Shown here: positions 29,315-36,492 of the stretch, piece by piece | How the letters are laid out: each line of letters begins with the position of its first letter | Position numbering within the stretch: the stretch's first letter is position 1 | Source: an uncultured Actinomycetota bacterium | GTDB taxonomy: Bacteria > Actinomycetota > Actinomycetes > Mycobacteriales > CADCTP01 | Direction of reading: 5' to 3' | NCBI GenBank assembly: GCA_963714145.1 | Contig: OY970235.1 | Location: 6,737,722 to 6,801,721 of the forward strand | Length of the DNA stretch: 64,000 nucleotides | Notes under the pieces: generated by a model | The model's database searches: none | The model's input: only the letters and a program-made list of their open reading frames with translations | What the model was told of the DNA's origin: nothing | Position numbers and translations under genes: made by a program

Positions 29315-30880
29315 GTGGATGTCGTCGACACCTGGACCGGCCGGCACGCGACCGCGCTACGCCGGGCGCTGCGCCTGACGAACGAGGCACTGGCCGAGGA
29401 GCTGGGCACCGCCGTGCGCACGGTTGCCAAGTGGAACGCCGATCCCGACCTCGTCCCGGTCCCGGACATGCAACGAGCGCTCGACACGGTGCTCAGCCGG
29501 GCGCCGGAGCCAGCCCGTGCCCGGTTCACGCTGCTTCTCGCGGCCGACCTGCCAGCCTCCGCCCCGCCGGTGACCGAGGCGGCGGCGGCCGAGCTGGCCG
29601 GCGACGACAGCAGCGCCGCCGCCGCGCTCGCCTGGGTCGACCAGGCCGCCGGCTGGCAGCCGGAGACGGCGTCGCGGCTGCTGGCCGAGCGCGCGGCATT
29701 GACCGACCGTCGGCGCATCCGGCAGGTTGCCGCCGCGCGTGCCCGGGTCGGCCGTGACGACCTGGCCGCCGCGCTCGCCGCGTACTACGGCACCGACGAC
29801 GAGCACGGCGTCTACCGGGGCGTCTGCGCCGGGCAACGGCTGACCACCAGCGTCCTGACCCGGCCGTCCTGGCTCGACCTGCGGCTCCCGCTCGGTGCTG
29901 GCCGGGAACACCTACGCCTGTCGCCCGGGCCGGCCGCGCCGATCGCCGTCGACCAGCTCGGCGCCGCCGCGGCGGTCGACCGCATCGCCACCGGCCTGCA
30001 AGCCGACCTGCGCATGGTCAACGCGCCCATCTACTCCCTGACCGACGTGACCGTGTCGGCCGGCGGCATCGCCGGCATGGTCAGCCTGGCCGGCTTCTTC
30101 GACTACGCCCTCACCCTCGACCTGCTCGAAGCCGAGCTGACGGACGCGATCGGCGCTGGCCTGCCACCGGCACGCGGACACCTGCCACTGCGCGACCGCT
30201 ACCTACCCGACCTCGCCAGCGTGCTCAACGTCGCCGGCCGGCTCTGCGCCGGCGGCCCGCCCGCCCTCTGCGCCATCGCCCGGCCCGCCACCCGCAACCG
30301 CGGCCCGGACTACCTCCTGCTCATCCAAGAGCGCTCCGGCCGGGTCCTCAACTCCGCCCGCCGGCTCGCGGTCATCCCGAAGTCGTTCCACGGGCCGCTC
30401 GTCGACTACGCCGAAGACGCACAGATTCACCGCTCGGTCGAACGCGAGATGGAAGAGGAACTGTTCGGCCGGGACGACGTCGACTCGGTCCTGTCCGGCC
30501 AGCGCAGCGCCGACCCGATGCACCGAAGCCGCCTGTCCGTCCCGATGCGGTCGCTGATGGACCGGCCCGACGACGGTTCCTGGCGGATGGAGTGCACCGG
30601 CTACGGCTACAACCTCCTGACCGGAAACTACGAATTCGCCACCCTCATAGCTGTCCACGACGAGACCTGGTGGGCCGAGTACGGCGGCCACATCGAAGCC
30701 AACTGGGAATCCGCCAGCCTCCGCCGCTACTCCACCCGCGACCGCGACGCCATCACCGCACTAGCCTTCGACCCAGCCTGGAGCAACGAAGGACTCTTCG
30801 CCCTCCTCCAAGGACTACGCCGCCTCGCCGAGATCGACAGCGACCGCACCGACCTACCTGCAATCGACTGGGAGACCTGA
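29315..30880 (+). CDS. XRE-type HTH protein with C-terminal Nudix-like region (Pif-like)
   Basis: GTG at 29315 is preceded by GGAGGGGAGG. N-terminal HTH LRLTNEALAEELGTAVRTVAKWN. The C-terminal SVEREMEEELFG resembles, but does not exactly fit, the Nudix box REUxEExGU. Confidence 0.55.
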   Translation: MDVVDTWTGRHATALRRALRLTNEALAEELGTAVRTVAKWNADPDLVPVPDMQRALDTVLSRAPEPARARFTLLLAADLPASAPPVTEAAAAELAGDDSSAAAALAWVDQAAGWQPETASRLLAERAALTDRRRIRQVAAARARVGRDDLAAALAAYYGTDDEHGVYRGVCAGQRLTTSVLTRPSWLDLRLPLGAGREHLRLSPGPAAPIAVDQLGAAAAVDRIATGLQADLRMVNAPIYSLTDVTVSAGGIAGMVSLAGFFDYALTLDLLEAELTDAIGAGLPPARGHLPLRDRYLPDLASVLNVAGRLCAGGPPALCAIARPATRNRGPDYLLLIQERSGRVLNSARRLAVIPKSFHGPLVDYAEDAQIHRSVEREMEEELFGRDDVDSVLSGQRSADPMHRSRLSVPMRSLMDRPDDGSWRMECTGYGYNLLTGNYEFATLIAVHDETWWAEYGGHIEANWESASLRRYSTRDRDAITALAFDPAWSNEGLFALLQGLRRLAEIDSDRTDLPAIDWET

Positions 30881-30881
30881 T

Positions 30882-31238
30882 ATGGCAGACAACTGGTACC
30901 AGGGCAACGCCGCCGCCGAGAACGACCAGCACCGCGGCTGGTTGCTCGGCCACTTCATCGACGGCGAGGACGCCACCATTCGCAAGACCAACGCCCTCGA
31001 AGTCAAATGGGGAATCCACAAGGCCGGCGAGGAACGCCCCGAATGGACCACCGGCGAAGACCGCACAACCCTCTTCATGCTCATCAGCGGCAAGTGGCGC
31101 CTAGACCTCACCGTCGGCACCTTCACCCTTGACCGCCCCGGCGACTATATCGTCTGGGGACCCGGCATCGACCACTCCTGGCAAGCCCAGGCCGACAGTA
31201 CCGTCCTAACTATCCGCTGGCCTTCGAGCCAACTGTAA
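30882..31238 (+). CDS. small cupin-like protein
   Basis: 118 aa starting 2 nt after the preceding stop. A beta-rich sequence with G.Y...GPG..H.W; cupin assignment from pattern only. Confidence 0.45.
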   Translation: MADNWYQGNAAAENDQHRGWLLGHFIDGEDATIRKTNALEVKWGIHKAGEERPEWTTGEDRTTLFMLISGKWRLDLTVGTFTLDRPGDYIVWGPGIDHSWQAQADSTVLTIRWPSSQL

Positions 31239-31330
31239 CGCAGCGTGGACGACAGAACTACTGACATGTCAGCCAATGAACACACATCAGAGGTCCGGCG
31301 AGGTAATTGCGCTTCGCTATGAAGACTGAC

Positions 31331-32575
31331 CTACTGTCCGCCATGCGACACGACATAAGGAGGCCGCGCTTGGGTTCGGCCATACGGGTAGCGATCCGCG
31401 ACCGTTGACAGATACCGATCGACCGCTTCGATGTCTCGGAAGTGCTCGTGCTTATAGTTCGGAAAGTTGTCCACTCGCGGCTTCTTTGTAACACTCAGTC
31501 GAACATCCTGAAACGGAATGGGATCTGAAGGCAGTGGCCCCGCACCGGAGAGAACGAGGCACATCACCTGCTGGGCGTCGGTTCGTGTTGTCAAATTGTA
31601 TATTCGATGCATCCCATCAATTATCACCAATGTACCATCGGGCTGCCGTTCAACAATTGGCGGCAGAACCACCGTGCGATTGCCGCTGCCCTCAACTCGA
31701 CACGGCTCAAAGAACTCTAATCCGAACCGTTCATATCCCTCAAGGAGAGGGGAACCCTTAGCAACGTTCGCGGCCTTTACGGTGCGACAACATGAGTATA
31801 GCGACGCACAAGAAACCATTTCGATAGAGATCGAATTTGTAGTCAAGCGACTGTAGTGCGGAATTCGCGACAGAATATGACGGACTTCGTCCGCATCCAA
31901 TACCAAGCGATCCAAGATCACTCCCGGCGGGAGAGTCTCCCAGACTGAATCGAAAAGCTGGTGCAACATGGCGATGTAGCTCATGTCCCGCCCAGGGAGG
32001 TAGCGGCGAGCATGATAGTCAAATAGGCTGTCCGTGCCGGCCTCTCCTTCAATTAGAGCAATGCGCTGCTTCGGGTGCTTGGTCACGGTAAGCGCAGTTC
32101 CATTGTCAAGGCTAGTCTTCGTGTCGACGACCAGACCCCGCAGCTTTACCATATCTCCGGTGTAGTACTTCACCTGCACGCCGGCCCCGAAAAGAACCCG
32201 AACCTGCTCTAGCAGAATAGGCGTAGAAGGCCACCTACAAAGAACGCGAATTACTACCCCTAGCTGAGTCCGCTCAAGAATCGGATTCTTACTACTCTCC
32301 GCCCAGGAAACATCACCGGCAAAGACCGCCACGGATGAATCCGCCCGGGTGAGGAGCGCGCGCCAAGCCAAGTCGACCGTTCGCTTGCCGTTAAACACGT
32401 TTGCGTCACGGTGGAAAATCTGCACGAAGACCAGCACAGCAAAGGCCGCGAAAGAAATACCGATAAGCAGATAGGACACGGTCGACTGAACGTTGACCAA
32501 CTTGTCAAAAGACATTCCAGTAATACCGATAACAATGCTCGCCCATTGGATGATGTTGGCAACCTTACGGGTCAT
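31331..32575 (-). CDS. low-GC cargo protein: N-terminal 2 TM helices, unassigned central domain, C-terminal ParB/Srx-like (DGxHR) domain
   Basis: ATG at 32575 (MTRKVANIIQW...) with GGAAGG upstream; the track ORF allows a start at 32668. TM helices IIQWASIVIGITGMSF and VSYLLIGISFAAFAVLVFVQIF. C-terminal PPIVERQPDGTLVIIDGMHRIYNL. Composition is clearly A/T-richer than everything around it. Confidence 0.7.
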   Translation of the reverse strand: MTRKVANIIQWASIVIGITGMSFDKLVNVQSTVSYLLIGISFAAFAVLVFVQIFHRDANVFNGKRTVDLAWRALLTRADSSVAVFAGDVSWAESSKNPILERTQLGVVIRVLCRWPSTPILLEQVRVLFGAGVQVKYYTGDMVKLRGLVVDTKTSLDNGTALTVTKHPKQRIALIEGEAGTDSLFDYHARRYLPGRDMSYIAMLHQLFDSVWETLPPGVILDRLVLDADEVRHILSRIPHYSRLTTNSISIEMVSCASLYSCCRTVKAANVAKGSPLLEGYERFGLEFFEPCRVEGSGNRTVVLPPIVERQPDGTLVIIDGMHRIYNLTTRTDAQQVMCLVLSGAGPLPSDPIPFQDVRLSVTKKPRVDNFPNYKHEHFRDIEAVDRYLSTVADRYPYGRTQARPPYVVSHGGQ

Positions 32576-32919
32576 CAGCCTTCCACTTCTCAGCATGCCA
32601 TGAACCAGCCCAAGCCAGGATTCACCCTCATCAAGGTGATCGAACCGAACCCCCGTTCGCCGCCACACCCTTGGACCTGGGTGACTCTAGCGTCAGTTCT
32701 GCTACCTCGTCGGTCGCCCTCACCTGATCAGCCCGAGCGATGGGGGGATCGTCGGCGTCTCCAACGCTGCTCGCCTGCCACCTACGCCACACCTCGTCGG
32801 CCGGTCCGTCTCAGTTCCCGTCTCGTTCGTCTCAGTCCACTGGCGGCCGGACAGGACCGCGGTTGGCCGGCCAGCGCTTGCCAGCACGAGACGGACCGCC
32901 ACGGACGGCGCGGAGCAGA

Positions 32920-32979
32920 CTTGGAAAGCGTGTTGGGGGCAACCCCTCAAGAGTTCGAATCTCTTATCCTCCGCGTCTC
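32920..32979 (+). repeat. attR core (exact 60-bp copy of the tRNA-Ser(GGA) 3' part; no tRNA 5' half)
   Basis: Identical to 16348-16407. Confidence 0.85.
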
Positions 32980-33279
32980 CGATCAGGCACGATGCTCAAT
33001 CCTTGGACCGCTGCGATCCTTGGAGCGCGAGCCCGTCTCAGTTGAGCCGACGGCACACCAGCAGTCTCGACGTGCTCGGCACTCGTGACCCGCGGGCGTC
33101 ACGGCCGGCTAGCGGCGGTGTCGGTGGCGGGCCGATGACCTGCCGCCGAGTGCCAGCGTCCGGTCGTCGCCGTCGACTGGTGCTCCACCCGGCCGCTCTA
33201 TCCCGGTTTGCGAGGTTGTGCTGGCGGCCCGGCGCGGCCGGGCTGTCGTCAGCGCGAGCCGGTGAGGCATCCTGGGTGG

Positions 33280-33597
33280 GTGAGTCGGTATGCGGAGGCG
33301 AAGCCATACGCGGTGCCGAGGTCGCTGTCCGACCTGACCGGGCCGACTGGCGGCACCGTCGTGCTGCCCCGACACATCGATTGGGGCCCCGCATATGTGT
33401 ACGACCTCGCAGATGAGTCAGATCTGGCTCTTCTCTACGAGCGGGTGATCCGGGAGGCCCAGACCCCTGATGATCTCACCGCCTTCCTGGACGGGGCGAC
33501 GCTGCGCCGGCTGTGGCCCACGCTGATCGTTCCCCGGCCGGCCCGCGCCAGGTGGGAGGCACGTTTCGAGGAACTGGCCCACCAAGCGGTCGCGTAG
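33280..33597 (+). CDS. putative antitoxin partner of the AbiEii-like nucleotidyltransferase
   Basis: GTG at 33280 (VSRYAEAKPYAVPRSL...). Its TAG stop overlaps the GTG of the downstream gene (TAGTG). No domain recognised; the call is by position only. Confidence 0.4.
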   Translation: MSRYAEAKPYAVPRSLSDLTGPTGGTVVLPRHIDWGPAYVYDLADESDLALLYERVIREAQTPDDLTAFLDGATLRRLWPTLIVPRPARARWEARFEELAHQAVA

Positions 33598-34253
33598 TGG
33601 ACGAGTTCCATCAACGCCTGATCCGGATCGGCTTGGACGCACTGGCCGTTGACGACGGCTACGCGCTGGCCGGCGGCTACGCCGTCCAGGCACACCACTT
33701 CATCGACCGCCTCAGCGACGACGTTGACCTGTTCGTGCCCATAGAACGCAAGCATGAGATGCCGACCGCGACTGCTCGAATCATCGCAGCATACGACCAG
33801 GCCGGGCTTCGGGCGCAGATTCGCCAGCACGCCGATACCTATGTACGCCTCGATGTCACCGATCCGGCGATCGGCCGTACCGTCAAGGTCGAACTCGTCG
33901 CAGAATTCCTCATGAATCCACCCGTCCCGTCCGATCTCGGCCCCGTCCTGCACCCAGACGACGTTGCCGCTGGAAAGCTTGAAGCGCTGTTCACCCGCGC
34001 CGAGGTCCGTGATTTCATCGACGTGGACGCCCTACTGCGGGGCGGATACAACCGGAGCCAGCTCATCGAGCTGGCTAAACGGCGCGACGCGGGCTTCGAT
34101 GAATCAGTCCTCGCGGACATGTTTGCGAGCCTGTACCGTCTCAACGATCGCCAGTTCGCCGTCTACGGGATAGACGCAGCCGCCATCCAGGAGATCCGCG
34201 ACCAATTCAAGAGCTGGCAACAAGATATCCGCGACCGACTCAAGAACAGTTGA
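33597..34253 (+). CDS. nucleotidyltransferase AbiEii/AbiGii-family toxin (DUF1814)
   Basis: 218 aa. ALAGGYAVQAHHFIDRLSDDVDLFV (NTase G..(x)n..DxD) and the C-terminal helical region are typical of type IV TA toxins. Confidence 0.75.
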   Translation: MDEFHQRLIRIGLDALAVDDGYALAGGYAVQAHHFIDRLSDDVDLFVPIERKHEMPTATARIIAAYDQAGLRAQIRQHADTYVRLDVTDPAIGRTVKVELVAEFLMNPPVPSDLGPVLHPDDVAAGKLEALFTRAEVRDFIDVDALLRGGYNRSQLIELAKRRDAGFDESVLADMFASLYRLNDRQFAVYGIDAAAIQEIRDQFKSWQQDIRDRLKNS

Positions 34254-34424
34254 CGACCAGCCATCGCTCCTGCGGCGATGCGGAGTGCGGGCGCGAGCGG
34301 CAACCGCGTGCGTCTCGTTTGCCGTCTTGTTCACGGCCGTTCAGACGGGTGCCGGCGGGTACGTCCGGGGCGCCGCAACGAACCAACGGGCCCAGCCGAA
34401 CCGGGCGGAACGGACACCGGCAGA

Positions 34425-34482
34425 CTTGGAAAGCGTGTTGGGGGCAACCCCTCAAGAGCTCGAATCTCTTTTCCCCGCTCCC
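34425..34482 (+). repeat. decayed third copy of the tRNA-Ser(GGA) 3' part
   Basis: cttggaaagcgtgttgggggcaacccctcaagagCtcgaatctcttTtccCcgc; a few substitutions relative to 16348-16407. Confidence 0.8.
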
Positions 34483-34566
34483 CTGACCAGCACGAACGCC
34501 GAGAGCCGGCCGCCGAGCGGGTAGTTTGAATCGCATGTACATCGCCCACAGGGAGCTGCGATAACC

Positions 34567-34782
34567 GTGACGCAGATTGATCTTGATGACGACGCGCTCA
34601 GCGAAGCGATGCGGCTCTCCGGCGCGAAGAGCAAGAAGGAGACGGTGAATCTCGCACTGCGGGAGTACTCCGCTCGGCACCGCCGCATCGCGGCACTTGA
34701 TCACTACGCCACTGTCGCCAAGGGCTGGGACTACGAGGGCTGGCGGGAGTTGCGAGGCGAGGGCAAGGCACCCATTGCGTGA
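34567..34782 (+). CDS. vapB: type II antitoxin, VapB-like (DUF2191 type)
   Basis: 71 aa. TQIDLDDDALSEAMRLSGAKSKKETVNLALREY is the typical pattern. Overlaps the downstream PIN gene. Confidence 0.75.
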   Translation: MTQIDLDDDALSEAMRLSGAKSKKETVNLALREYSARHRRIAALDHYATVAKGWDYEGWRELRGEGKAPIA

Positions 34783-35201
34783 TGCATTACCTGGCCGACT
34801 CGTCGGCCCTCTGGCGTGTTTTGCGCGACCCCGACGTACGGGCTGGCTGGAATGAGGTGATCTCCAGCCACGCGATCGGGTCGTGCCAGCCGCAGCGCAC
34901 CGAGTTTCGCCGCTCAGCTCGCAATCTCGACGAGTACGAGCAGATGACCGCGATGTTTGTCGATCTGTACCCCGATTTCCCGGTGCCGAACGCGGCCTGG
35001 CAGTGGGTCGAGTCGGCCCAGTACCGACTACTGCGGGTTGGGGCGCACCGAGCGCTGTCCTGTGTGGATCTGCTCGCCTGCGCCTGTGCGGCCATCCGGG
35101 GACTCGTGATTCTGCATGACGACAATGACTTCGTCGTGGCCGTGCAGCACCTGCCGGATCTCGCCGAGCGGCGGATACAAGCGCTCCCCGGGTCCGCATG
35201 A
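34779..35201 (+). CDS. vapC: PIN-domain toxin VapC
   Basis: YLADSSALWRV (first acidic residue), E at about position 43, and C-terminal ILHDDNDF. GTGATG overlap with vapB. Confidence 0.8.
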   Translation: MMHYLADSSALWRVLRDPDVRAGWNEVISSHAIGSCQPQRTEFRRSARNLDEYEQMTAMFVDLYPDFPVPNAAWQWVESAQYRLLRVGAHRALSCVDLLACACAAIRGLVILHDDNDFVVAVQHLPDLAERRIQALPGSA

Positions 35202-35290
35202 CCTGCACGACCGCGGGCGCCGGCGTGACGAGCCCGGCGCGCCACCACTAGCCAACTCGATGCCCGCTCGTGCAGTCCGCGCGGTCCCGC

Positions 35291-35325
35291 CTGCTCCGCT
35301 CCCTGACCAGGACAAACGCGGGCGG
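35291..35325 (+). repeat. possible further att/tRNA-trailer remnant
   Basis: ctgctccgctccctgaccaggacaaacgcgggcgg versus atcctccgcgtctctgaccagggcaaacgccggcc at 16394-16428; about 27 of 32 positions by eye. Confidence 0.45.
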
Positions 35326-35450
35326 CGGCTGCCCGCCCACCCGGCGTTCAGGCTGTTCGTCATTTCGGCCGCCTCGGTCTCAGCTCGGCCTCGTGTGATC
35401 CGGTCGGCGAGGTCCGTCCGCCTGGCTCGGCCGCGACTACACTGCACTAC

Positions 35451-35873
35451 ATGTCATCCCCACTGTCGATCAGGTTCGACCCGGCGCTGTTGGCTCGACT
35501 GCGGCGACGGGCGGAGGCGGCGGCCGGCGGCAGTGTGTCGACGCTGGCGCAGACGCTGATCGATGAAGGACTGCGGATGGCCGAGCACCCGGGGATCGTC
35601 TTCAAGTCAGGGCCGAGCGGCCGGCGGGCAGCGCTGTCGAACGGCCCCGATGTCTGGGAGATGATCAAGTTCCTGCATGAGATCGATGAGCGTGGCCAAG
35701 CAGCGGTGGCCGCCGCGGCCGAGGTGTTCGGTCTGCCCGAGGCCCGGGTGCGCACAGCGATGAGGTACTACACCGACTACGACGCCGATATCGAGGGTGA
35801 GATCGCGCTCGCCGACGCCGAGTCGGCTGCGGCCGAGGCCGCCTGGATCACCGAGCAGCGCCTGCTCGCGTGA
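35451..35873 (+). CDS. DUF433-like antitoxin candidate
   Basis: 140 aa with an RHH-like N-terminus and GIVFKSGPSGRRAALSNGPDVWEMI. Its stop overlaps the downstream gene. Confidence 0.55.
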   Translation: MSSPLSIRFDPALLARLRRRAEAAAGGSVSTLAQTLIDEGLRMAEHPGIVFKSGPSGRRAALSNGPDVWEMIKFLHEIDERGQAAVAAAAEVFGLPEARVRTAMRYYTDYDADIEGEIALADAESAAAEAAWITEQRLLA

Positions 35874-36262
35874 CGCCACCGTCGGACCCGATCACCGTCC
35901 CGCTCCTACTGGATGAGATGTTTGCCCCGATCGTCGCAGAAGCCCTGCGAGACAAGGGTTATGACGTTATCGCGATCGTGGCCGACTCCGGTCTACGAGC
36001 GCTGAGCGATGACGAGGTGTATGCCTGGGCAGCTGCCCAGCGACGGTGCCTCGTCACCGAGAACGTGAAGGATTTCCGGCCCATCCTCACCCGCGCTGAG
36101 GAAGCCGGCAGCCCGGTCGCCGCCCTGTTGTTCACCAGCAGCCGCACCTTCCCCCGCAGCCGGCGCAACCCGGGGCCCCTCATCGACGCCTTGGACACCT
36201 GGCTTCGAGCGGCCGGCCCGACGCCGGCGAGCGTGGAGCAGTGGCTACAGCCCGGAAAATAG
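35870..36262 (+). CDS. DUF5615 / Mut7-C PIN-like toxin candidate
   Basis: 130 aa. LLLDEMFAPIVAEALRDKGYDVIAI...LVTENVKDF. The usual partner of DUF433 proteins. Confidence 0.55.
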   Translation: MTPPSDPITVPLLLDEMFAPIVAEALRDKGYDVIAIVADSGLRALSDDEVYAWAAAQRRCLVTENVKDFRPILTRAEEAGSPVAALLFTSSRTFPRSRRNPGPLIDALDTWLRAAGPTPASVEQWLQPGK

Positions 36263-36344
36263 CGCGTGGACTGCCACGGACGGCCATGAACGGGGCCCTC
36301 AGCAGGCTTGGTAACCCGGACGTACCTTCGCGTGTACCGGCACG

Positions 36345-36388
36345 CAGACCCGGGAAAGCGTTGGGGCGACCCCTCGGGGTTCGGCGGG
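36345..36388 (+). repeat. strongly decayed fourth copy of the tRNA-Ser(GGA) 3' part
   Basis: cagacccgggaaagcgttggggcgacccctcggggttcggcgg versus cagacttggaaagcgtgttgggggcaacccctcaagagttcgaatc. Confidence 0.55.
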
Positions 36389-36402
36389 CGGATTCGCCCG
36401 AA

Positions 36403-36432
36403 GCGCGGGTGGGCTCCGCTGCCCACCCGCGC
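36403..36432. terminator. perfect 12-bp stem-loop between convergent operons
   Basis: GCGCGGGTGGGC-tccgct-GCCCACCCGCGC. Confidence 0.55.
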
Positions 36433-36492
36433 CGCTGGATCCCTACCGGAGCCGCGGGGATTCGTCCCCGCAAAGCTCGTAGGGTCGATGTG

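Larger units (their letters stand above)
16402..32979. mobile_element. pSAM2-type actinomycete integrative and conjugative element (AICE), ~16.6 kb, integrated in tRNA-Ser(GGA)
   Basis: Bounded by exact 60-bp direct repeats. Encodes a tyrosine integrase, excisionase, prim-pol replicase, DUF3987, a single FtsK/SpoIIIE-type transfer protein, a Spd-like membrane protein, WhiB, a GntR (KorSA-like) regulator and an HTH/Nudix-like (Pif-like) protein. Confidence 0.85.

Noticed and set aside
29315-30880. Calling the 521-aa AICE protein a bona fide Nudix hydrolase.
   Set aside because: The candidate motif has the wrong spacing relative to GX5EX7REUXEEXGU. It is kept only as Nudix-like or Pif-like, pending profile or structure analysis.
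32920-32983. Possible additional tRNA-Ser genes at 32920, 34425 and 36345.
   Set aside because: Only the segment from the anticodon loop to the 3' end is present. There is no acceptor 5' strand or D-arm upstream. They are att-site duplications, not tRNA genes.
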